DNA of 64,000 bases. Source: Verrucomicrobiia bacterium (GTDB lineage Bacteria > Verrucomicrobiota > Verrucomicrobiia > Palsa-1439). The position numbers and the translations under genes are program-made. The notes below the pieces were generated by a model. That model had not been told where the DNA came from. It saw nothing but the letters and a program-made list of their open reading frames with translations, and did not search any database. Below are positions 9,490 to 17,452 of the stretch, one piece after another (position 1 is the first letter of the stretch; every line of letters begins with the position of its first letter). The DNA lies in NCBI GenBank assembly GCA_035577545.1, contig DATLVI010000009.1, positions 3,696 to 67,695 on the forward strand, in the 5' to 3' direction.

Positions 9490-11172
9490 ATGCTTGGGAA
9501 GCTTATGAAGAACGCGTGGAGATCCTACGGCTGGGGCTGTGCGCTAATTGTTTTGCTGACACTCATCACGTACATACCCGCGATGCGGGGGGGCTTTGTC
9601 TTTGACGACTACGCGCTGCTCGTCAACGACCCTTTGATCAAGGTCAGCGACGGGTTGCAACGGTTCTGGTTTACGACCGAAGCCACGGAATACTATCCAC
9701 TGTCGTGGAGTTTATGGTGGGCCGAGTGGCGGTTATGGGGTGATCACGCGATCGGGTACCACGTCGCCAACGTCCTTTTGCACTCGGCCAATGCCATCCT
9801 GGTGTGGATTATCCTACGACATCTCAAAATTCCGGGAGCCTTGGTGGCGGGACTGGTTTTTGCTCTGCACCCGGTGAACGTCGCTACAGTTGCCTGGATC
9901 ACCGAGCAGAAGAACACAATGTCGATGTTCTTCTACGCCGTGGCGATCCTTTCATATTTGCGTTTCGATGAGGAAGGTAGCTGGCGTTGGTTTAATCTAT
10001 CGTTGGCGGCGTTTTTACTGGCCTTGCTAAGCAAGACGGCGATCGTCATGTTGCCCGTCGTCCTGCTGGGTTGTGTGTGGTGGATGCACGGTCGTTTGCG
10101 GGTGAAAGACTTTCTCTACAGTGTACCGTTCTTTGCCCTTTCGCTCATCATGGGATTGGTGAATGTGTGGTTTGAGTATCACCGTGCGACGGAAGGGCTC
10201 GGAGTCCACGCAACTGGTTTCGCAACTCGCCTGGCAACTGCTGGCTGGGTACCGTGGTTTTACCTATCCAAGGCGTTGCTGCCGATTGACCTAATGGTGG
10301 TATATCCCAAATGGCAGGTCAATACCTCCAATTGGATTTCCTACATGCCAGGAATCATTCTGATTGGTGGGCTCGTGATGTTTTGGTGGAAACGCCAAAC
10401 GTGGGGACGGTCGTTATTATTCGGACTGGGATACTTTGTCGTGACGCTTTTCCCGGTGTTGGGTTTTTTTTATCAACCATTTTATCGGCACGCATTCGTC
10501 GCCGATCATTGGCAGTACTACTCCATTATCGGAGTTATCGCTTTCATGGTTGCCGCCGGGGAGAGGATCTGCCGTCGCTTGGGCGAGCATGGGTTGTATT
10601 GGGGGGGGGTGGGTTCCGTGGCGGTGCTGTTGGTGTTGGGTGCGGCCACTTGGCGACGTGGGCATGTCTATGCTGACGATGTAACACTCTGGCGGGACAA
10701 CGTGGCAAGGAATCCGGCTCCTTGGCCATACAATAACCTGGGATGCGCCTTGCAGCGAACGGGCCGATTTAACGAGGCGATCCACCAGTTCGACCAGGCG
10801 TTGCGGCTCAATCCCGAGTACGCCGATGCCCATTGCAACCTGGGAAATGTTTTATCGCAGACGGGCAGAACCGAGGAGGCAATGGCGGAGTGGGAGCTGG
10901 CGTTACGGTTCAAGCCTGACTATGCGCAGGCGCACTACAATTTGGGCCTCGGTCTGGCCCGGCAAGGCAGGTTACCGGAGGCGATGGGGCATTGGGAGCA
11001 GGCCTTGCGGATCAAGCCCCATTATGCTGAGGCGCACTACAACCTCGGAGTCGCCCTGGAACAGACGGGCAGGGTGAGGGAAGCCGCTGGGCACTACGAG
11101 CAAGCGCTAAGGATTCGCCCCGATTACGAACAAGCTCGAAACCGGCTCACGCGATTGCAGACCGTCCAGTAA
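9490..11172 (+). CDS. Multi-pass membrane protein with C-terminal TPR repeats (TMTC-like; putative GT-C glycosyltransferase), tandem paralog.
   Basis: An FVFDDYALLVNDPLI motif follows TM1, then many transmembrane helices, then a C-terminal TPR array ending ...RPDYEQARNRLTRLQTVQ (compare the paralog's ...NPDYTEARNALVRLHTVQ). The ATG directly abuts the previous stop codon. Confidence 0.65.
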   Translation: MLGKLMKNAWRSYGWGCALIVLLTLITYIPAMRGGFVFDDYALLVNDPLIKVSDGLQRFWFTTEATEYYPLSWSLWWAEWRLWGDHAIGYHVANVLLHSANAILVWIILRHLKIPGALVAGLVFALHPVNVATVAWITEQKNTMSMFFYAVAILSYLRFDEEGSWRWFNLSLAAFLLALLSKTAIVMLPVVLLGCVWWMHGRLRVKDFLYSVPFFALSLIMGLVNVWFEYHRATEGLGVHATGFATRLATAGWVPWFYLSKALLPIDLMVVYPKWQVNTSNWISYMPGIILIGGLVMFWWKRQTWGRSLLFGLGYFVVTLFPVLGFFYQPFYRHAFVADHWQYYSIIGVIAFMVAAGERICRRLGEHGLYWGGVGSVAVLLVLGAATWRRGHVYADDVTLWRDNVARNPAPWPYNNLGCALQRTGRFNEAIHQFDQALRLNPEYADAHCNLGNVLSQTGRTEEAMAEWELALRFKPDYAQAHYNLGLGLARQGRLPEAMGHWEQALRIKPHYAEAHYNLGVALEQTGRVREAAGHYEQALRIRPDYEQARNRLTRLQTVQ

Positions 11173-11209
11173 CCACCGTCAGACACCCGTCCTTTGTTGA
11201 ACAAATCAA

Positions 11210-11241
11210 AAGGGCGTCCCGTTTTTCAACGGGACGCCCTT
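11210..11241. terminator. GC-rich hairpin between convergent genes (AAGGGCGTCCCG-N8-CGGGACGCCCTT), likely a terminator for the minus-strand PEP-CTERM gene and possibly bidirectional.
   Basis: A perfect 12-bp inverted repeat is read directly from the sequence. There is a U-rich run on the minus-strand side. Confidence 0.5.
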
Positions 11242-11270
11242 CGAGGTATTCGTAGGTTTTACTCGCCGGT

Positions 11271-12230
11271 TTAGCTGCGACGGCGGCGTGCCAAGGTGAG
11301 CATCAAGCCAAGGCCGGCGCCGACCAACATCACCGTGGAAGGTTCGGGAACTGTAGTGAGATCTACCTTGAATAGGCTGGTATCGATCTGCGACGCGCCG
11401 GTTGCGCTGCCGGCTGGACGAATGTCGAACGTATCGTAGGACACACTTGTAATCGAAGGATCAACAAAGGTATCCGAGATGGATCCCGTGCCACCGATAT
11501 TGTCACCCGACATCGAGCTGACAACCTGCAAACCACCGGCAGTCATCGTCAGATCGTAAACGAAGGTGTACTGGGTACCAACAGTATAACCGGTCGTGCC
11601 ACTGGCAACGCCATTCGTAAGGGCCGTCCAGTTGCCGGATGTACCCAAGAACGCGCCGGAGCCAGCAAGCCCCCACTTCCTTAATTGGAAGGAATTGCCG
11701 TTGCCCATGGTTGAGGACATGTTCATGAACATGGCAAAACTATTCGTGTAATTGGCACTTTGAATACCACCGTCGGCAGTGTTTCGTGAGCCGTTTGGCG
11801 TCAGACCAAGAGCCAGCAAGAAACCCTGGCTTGTGTTGACTGTGATTGTGCCGTTCGGGGTGAACTGCCAAGTAAGCTTGAGTTCATCCCCAATATTGGC
11901 CAACGTGACCGGGGTCGTCGGCTGCGTGAAATACGTATACATCGAGAGGGAAGTTGTGGGTACGGCACCTCGCAGATCGCCAGGGCCGGCGACAGTCAAG
12001 CTCGCGCTGTTGGATGCAAACCAAGCGGACTCGAGGTTGCCATCGGAATCAGCATCGGTTGCTGATGTGCCGTTGTTCTCCGCGTACGTCGGCGACGCCG
12101 GATCCGTACGGGTACCATCCTGCCACGTATCATTGACCAGAGTAGTAGTAGTCGCATGACTGGACAGCGCCAAGGCGCACGTCGCCGTGACTATGAGTGT
12201 AACCGCTAGAAATGAATACCTTTTAGACAT
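11271..12230 (-). CDS. PEP-CTERM sorting-domain protein (exosortase substrate). Its N-terminal ~260-aa module is homologous to the N-termini of three pectinase giants.
   Basis: The C-terminus ...VPEPSTVMLVGAGLGLMLTLARRRRS is the canonical PEP motif plus transmembrane helix plus Arg cluster. The ATG at 12230 gives MSKRYSFLAVTLIVTATCALALSSHA (signal peptide); the track's upstream start is a GTG. Confidence 0.85.
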   Translation of the reverse strand: MSKRYSFLAVTLIVTATCALALSSHATTTTLVNDTWQDGTRTDPASPTYAENNGTSATDADSDGNLESAWFASNSASLTVAGPGDLRGAVPTTSLSMYTYFTQPTTPVTLANIGDELKLTWQFTPNGTITVNTSQGFLLALGLTPNGSRNTADGGIQSANYTNSFAMFMNMSSTMGNGNSFQLRKWGLAGSGAFLGTSGNWTALTNGVASGTTGYTVGTQYTFVYDLTMTAGGLQVVSSMSGDNIGGTGSISDTFVDPSITSVSYDTFDIRPAGSATGASQIDTSLFKVDLTTVPEPSTVMLVGAGLGLMLTLARRRRS

Positions 12231-12593
12231 GATCCTCACCCTTTCCCGTGTTTGAACTCGCTATACCCTTTAACATCGCAAACGCTGTAATCACTTACAA
12301 CGTTCTCCATCGGACTCTCGCCCAACTCGCTATTGGGCCGATAAACTACTTTACTAGAATATGAAATTTGCAGTGCATTTGCAAGACATACCAGCCGACC
12401 GCGCGCGCCTATTTAGTAGCATCTTGCGTCATTGAATGGTCTGGCAAGTATCGTAATGCGAAAGGGTTAAATGAGTGAGGGGTTTCATCCAAATCTCGAT
12501 CTTGCGAGCAAGCGTTTGCAGACGGCCGCAGACGTGTCCGCGGCGGTTGAAAGGATCGCCTCTACAACCGGTAACGGTGCATGTAAAAAGCAG

Positions 12594-12625
12594 AAGGGCG
12601 TCCCGCTATCCAGCGGGACGCCCTT
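12594..12625 (-). terminator. Rho-independent terminator hairpin for the 12687-15542 gene, sharing its stem sequence with the 11210-11241 hairpin.
   Basis: AAGGGCGTCCCGC-N6-GCGGGACGCCCTT, followed on the minus strand by a T-run. Confidence 0.5.
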
Positions 12626-12686
12626 GCTTTCAAACTGCGCCTCTGCAACGTCGGCGGTCATAGACCGCCGCTACAATACTGGCCGA

Positions 12687-15542
12687 CTACGGCACCAAGA
12701 CGCGGACGCGGTAGTATCGCGTTGCGCCGGTCGCTCCGCCCGGATCCACCATGTTGGTCAGTGTGCCAAGGCCGGTGCCGCCACTCAGGATGTTGGTCAC
12801 GTTGGCGGTTACGAAGGTATTGCTGTTGTAGTTGCCACCCGTGCCGGTGGTGAACTCCAGTACGTTCGTGCGGGAGGCGGGGCCACCCGTGTAAGTGCTG
12901 TCGCCACTCGCGCCCAGGTAATCCACGCGGATGTCTGCACCACCATTGGTCTTGGAGATGCTCGTGATGTGAACATACGCCCCGCTGCTGGTCGGATTAA
13001 ATCCTGCCAGGAACTCGTTCGTATTATTCATGCCATCACCATCCGGGTCCGCCGTGCCAAGCGCATTACCACCGCTCAGGCCATAATGCGTCGCCCACGT
13101 GGTGCTGTAGGGATCGCCGCCGCCACCGGCAGTTACGACCAGCAAGATCCGTGTAGTGGCCGGATCATTGGAAACTGTGGCGGAGAATCCGCCGGGCAAC
13201 GTGCCCACAGCCAGGGCACTCGACACCAGATTGGAGTAGGTGAACAGCGTGTAAACATTCGCGCCGAATCCGGCGCCACCGGTGACGTTGACCGTGCCGG
13301 CCAGCGTCAAACTATTGCTCACACCTACCGAGTCCTGGAGCGTGCCCAAGTGATAGTTGAGCACCGCGGAGGAACCAAACACGAGATTGTTGCTGAAGAG
13401 GACAGTACCGACGGCGGCACCGATTCCCGGAGAGAATATGCCAAGGTTGGTAACATTGCCGGCGACTGTGCCACCCCCGCGTAGGGTGGCGTTATTGGTC
13501 ACCGTCAAGCCGCCGCTATTGAAATTGTGATAGCCGGTGCCGCCCGCCGCCATTTCGTAGACTGCCCCGCTGGCCGCCGTGCCGTCACCGACTGCAAAGG
13601 TGCCGGGGATATCGGGGTGGCTATCGACGGTGGCGCCACCAGCACTCAGTACACCACCGGAGAAGGTCACCGTATTAGTCGGTCGAACGCGCATAAACCC
13701 GACGGAAAGTGCGCCGCCATTAAGCACGAGAGAATTGCTTATTGCGGCACTGTTGCCGACGTTCAGATTAGTGATGGTCACCGATGCGTTGGTGATGGTC
13801 AGCACATTGCCAAAGGTGTTACTTGCGGCGCCGATGTTGAGCGAACCGGTGTTGACGACAATGGCCGCGGCGCCCGGGCCGCCAAACTTCACCGTGTTGA
13901 ACACCGAGGTTATGTTGTTGCCGATACTGAAGGTGCCGTTGTTGTAGAGCTTGCCGCCGTCAAAGACGCCCAGGAAATTCGTGCCCCCAGTGCCCGTACC
14001 GACAATGATGTGATTGGTGTAGTTGGCCACCGAGGAGGAATTGGACCAGACCGACGAGGCGCCGATCACAATGCCCGTATTCAGCGAACTGTTTGCGCCA
14101 ATTGTGCCGTTACCCGACAGCAACACGCCGCCGTTGGTGACGATCAGGTTATTGCCACCCGTACCGCCGAGGTTGACGCCACCGACATTGTCGGAGGTAA
14201 GAGGGTTGAGGAGCGTGCCGTTGTCAACGCGCAAGATGTCCATCGAGCCAGCCACGTTGATGCTGTTGGAGTTGCCGGCAGGAACCCCGAGACTGATGCT
14301 ATTGGTTACTACCAGAGTCCCTTTGCCGTTGACGGAAATGGTTTCTATCGGTCCTTGCGGATTCAGGAAGTTACAGGACATAAATGCGTTCGTGACTATG
14401 ATGAAGTTGTCTTGATGGTTCGTGTTGACTGACGAACTTCGCACCACGACAAACGACCCGGTGCTCGTCAGACCTGTCCCGCCCATGACGAAGCCATTGT
14501 GGATGTTGCTGGAATTGTTCCCATACGCAAATGTGCCGCCGCAACTGATAAAAGCGCCATCTTGAACGGTGAAGAGGTTATTGGTGGCACCCGCGCCACC
14601 CAGACCGATCTGAACACTACCTTGCGCGATCAACTGCGAGCCGGCGCCAGTGACGACTCCGGTGTTGAAGCTGGCAGTGCCGCCGAAGAGAAAGGAGCCA
14701 GTTTCGAAAAGTTTGGCGCCGTTGGAGATGATCAATGAGCCGCCATTTCCGCTGAACTTGAGATCCCCCGCGGAGGTTATCGTTGCGCCGCTGGTCGGAC
14801 CTGAGAGAAGCATGGAATTGTTGGTAAGGCCAATGCCGTTACCGACCGTAATCGTGCCGTCGACGAAGAGTCTGCCACCATTCGTGATGATCAACCGATT
14901 CAACCCGCTGGATGAGCCGATGGTAAGGGTACTGCCGCTGCCTGTGCCGCCGTCCGTGTACACACCATTGCCGGTGATGACCAGCGTGCCGACCGAATTG
15001 CTACTTGCTCCGACGATGCCCGCGTCAGCCGCCACCGTTCCGTTGGTGACAACGAGTGTACCAGTACAGAATAAACCGGGAACGTTCGTCACAGAATCCC
15101 CGATACGAAGTTGGCCGGTGACAGCCGTCACGCCGGCAACGGCGAGCGTCCCGCCCGTTATAAAAACTGTTGATATAGAATCTGCGACGCCCACACGGAA
15201 GGTATTTGTGACGCGATACGTCAATCCGTTGGGATTGATCGTAACCACGCCGGTGTGGTTGGAGATGACAGTGCTCAGGAGGTTGGGTGTGTTGGCGCCG
15301 AGACTTACCGTGATGCTCGTCTCGTTTGTGAAAAAAGTTACGTCGCCGTCCACCGGTGCCAAACCCGTATCCCAGTTCGCCGCAGTGCCAAAAGTCCCAC
15401 TGTTCACGATCCAGGTTTCGTTCGTCGCCCGTGCCGTGTTGCTACCCAATGCCAAGCCCAGTGCCAAAAGCAACGCTCCGCCCAGAAGATTTTTGGTAAG
15501 TTTCCGAAAAGTGTGCCCGACCCCTGATAGCTGATTCATCAT
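12687..15542 (-). CDS. Large secreted beta-helical / PATR (autotransporter-associated beta-strand repeat) protein of 951 aa with the conserved RYYRVR-type C-terminal domain. No catalytic domain recognised.
   Basis: Signal peptide MMNQLSGVGHTFRKLTKNLLGGALLLALGLALGSNTARA. The rest is an extremely Gly/Thr/Asn/Ser-rich repeat body. The C-terminus reads ...DPDGDGMNNTNEFLAGFNPTSSG...ATRYYRVRVLVP. Confidence 0.8.
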   Translation of the reverse strand: MMNQLSGVGHTFRKLTKNLLGGALLLALGLALGSNTARATNETWIVNSGTFGTAANWDTGLAPVDGDVTFFTNETSITVSLGANTPNLLSTVISNHTGVVTINPNGLTYRVTNTFRVGVADSISTVFITGGTLAVAGVTAVTGQLRIGDSVTNVPGLFCTGTLVVTNGTVAADAGIVGASSNSVGTLVITGNGVYTDGGTGSGSTLTIGSSSGLNRLIITNGGRLFVDGTITVGNGIGLTNNSMLLSGPTSGATITSAGDLKFSGNGGSLIISNGAKLFETGSFLFGGTASFNTGVVTGAGSQLIAQGSVQIGLGGAGATNNLFTVQDGAFISCGGTFAYGNNSSNIHNGFVMGGTGLTSTGSFVVVRSSSVNTNHQDNFIIVTNAFMSCNFLNPQGPIETISVNGKGTLVVTNSISLGVPAGNSNSINVAGSMDILRVDNGTLLNPLTSDNVGGVNLGGTGGNNLIVTNGGVLLSGNGTIGANSSLNTGIVIGASSVWSNSSSVANYTNHIIVGTGTGGTNFLGVFDGGKLYNNGTFSIGNNITSVFNTVKFGGPGAAAIVVNTGSLNIGAASNTFGNVLTITNASVTITNLNVGNSAAISNSLVLNGGALSVGFMRVRPTNTVTFSGGVLSAGGATVDSHPDIPGTFAVGDGTAASGAVYEMAAGGTGYHNFNSGGLTVTNNATLRGGGTVAGNVTNLGIFSPGIGAAVGTVLFSNNLVFGSSAVLNYHLGTLQDSVGVSNSLTLAGTVNVTGGAGFGANVYTLFTYSNLVSSALAVGTLPGGFSATVSNDPATTRILLVVTAGGGGDPYSTTWATHYGLSGGNALGTADPDGDGMNNTNEFLAGFNPTSSGAYVHITSISKTNGGADIRVDYLGASGDSTYTGGPASRTNVLEFTTGTGGNYNSNTFVTANVTNILSGGTGLGTLTNMVDPGGATGATRYYRVRVLVP

Positions 15543-16454
15543 AGACCTCGCCCTTTGATTTTGATCTCTTGTCCGGCCTCACTGACCACGTTATGCCTGC
15601 AAGGCTTTCTGCACCCGTCGTTTCAGAACAAACCCCCGTCGGAGTGTATGCTCTTGTGCCTAAAAGTATGCATTCGCTCTGCCAGGTTTGCAAGTGATTT
15701 GCAGCGGAAACCCTTGAATTTCAGGAGCGTATTCTTTCAGTGAAGAAAGATGCTAGGTCGCGTTTCCAGCGCGGTATGGGAAAGGTCTCCGTATACACGC
15801 AAGCGAACAAGTTTGGAAACGTTAGCATGTTTTCGCAAATCGACTGCGCAATTCTGTCGCAACCATCCAAAGATGGGAAGGTGGCGCACACCCCCGCGAT
15901 TTGAGGTTCTTTTGTTGACCATTCGCCTTCAGGGTGAGCTGATGAGGTGCTCTTTCTGGGGCGTAGAATGCCGGGTCAAGTTAACTGCGGATCGAACTAC
16001 ACTATTCCTTGGAAGAAGAGATCGAATGGACATGCTGAGAATAGCGCAGCGGGAGCGATTGTAGTGTATTAGATGGGAGATGCTATCGAGTTAGCCAGAA
16101 CAAATGACAAGAACATCTGCTTGGAGTATTCGCGCCGGAGTTGCGGTTTGGCGGGGGATTGTGGAGCGCCACCATGGCCGTAGATGCAGCACAACATGCG
16201 CTTCCCGAGCAGGGGTGTGCATCTGAATAAAATCGCCCACTTCGGAGCCTAGCATATCTGCTCACTGAGCGAACAAGCTCTTCAAATCCATGCAAAACGA
16301 ACCTTAAATTCTTGCAAACGCCGCGAAAAGGGTGCAGGTTAAATAGCCGTGGCCCGTTGTGTTTGGAATGAGAACGTGCCGCTAAACGGGTCGCAAAACA
16401 AGCCAAGACGGAATGTGGATGAGGTCATCTGAAACACGGAGGCACTGGAGATAT

Positions 16455-17174
16455 ATGCAGTCCAATCAAACCAAAAAGAACGCGTTTACCCTCATTGAAC
16501 TGCTGGTGGTCATTGCGATTATCGGCATCTTGGCGGCGATGTTGCTACCCGCGCTGAACAAGGCGCGCCAGAAAGGTTACCAAGCCTCTTGTATCTCTAA
16601 TGTGAAGCAGTGGGGACTGGCCTTAAACATGTATGCTGACGATTGGGGCGGCACGATGTTCTACGACGCAGGCGGTGTGCACTTTACTGACAACAATACC
16701 CCTCTGATGCAGTACATAGGAAGTAGCAATGCTGTGGAGAAGTTACGTGTCATGAGAGCGTGTCCGGCAAGAGTGGCGCGCATGAACCCTCCAAGTCTCG
16801 CCTATAATATGCCCGTTGGGACCTATCGCAAGGGCTTGGCTTATAAGGATGCGGATACTGCCCCGTCGCCTGGGTTCACTAACCCTTTTTACGGTACCCC
16901 CACGAATCCCTATTGGCCGAACCTGACGTCCTGCCCCAACCCCTCTCAATTCGTGTTGCTGATTGAGTGCTACAACACCATGCATAGCGGTCAGTTTGCC
17001 GGCAAGGTGAGCTCGCCGGCGTCGGGTGCAGGTGACCCTGTCCCGCCAATCCAATGGCATAATTCGGTTGTCAATTGTCTTTTTGGTGATTTCCACGCCG
17101 AAGCGCAAACCATGCAGCAGGTAACGGCAATGGATTCTGGCAGTCCAGCCAACCCGGCGTCCCAACTGAATTAG
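16455..17174 (+). CDS. Prepilin-type N-terminal cleavage/methylation domain protein with a DUF1559 (H-X9-DG-like) C-terminal region.
   Basis: [39 protein letters not shown] is a class III (type IV pilin/pseudopilin) leader. ...[15 protein letters not shown] resembles the H-X9-DG region. This family is expanded in Planctomycetes and Verrucomicrobia. Confidence 0.8.
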   Translation: MQSNQTKKNAFTLIELLVVIAIIGILAAMLLPALNKARQKGYQASCISNVKQWGLALNMYADDWGGTMFYDAGGVHFTDNNTPLMQYIGSSNAVEKLRVMRACPARVARMNPPSLAYNMPVGTYRKGLAYKDADTAPSPGFTNPFYGTPTNPYWPNLTSCPNPSQFVLLIECYNTMHSGQFAGKVSSPASGAGDPVPPIQWHNSVVNCLFGDFHAEAQTMQQVTAMDSGSPANPASQLN

Positions 17175-17452
17175 CGGGGAGAAGGTCTGGTGGGAGATTT
17201 TCACCTGGAAAGTTTTGCGGTGGTGCTGTCGATTCGAAGTTCTGGATGGCGATGAATTGAAGTGGGTTTGGCGCCGGTTAAGTTTGGGAGCGGTGAGGGG
17301 TTGGGAAGTTTTTAGAGTTGTCTAACCAGGAAGTTGAAAGCGCAGTTACGGCAGGGATCGCGGTTGAAACAAATGTGTGGTTGAGATGCACACCACCTTG
17401 GTGAGTTGTTTGTTTTAAAACTGGTTGAAGTATCGCGAGAGGGAAAAATCCT

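Noticed and set aside
12471-14432. Plus-strand ORFs of 337 aa and 301 aa.
   Set aside because: Both lie opposite the 951-aa minus-strand beta-helix gene. The Gly/Thr-rich repeats on the coding strand give Ala/Arg/Val-rich stop-free antisense frames.
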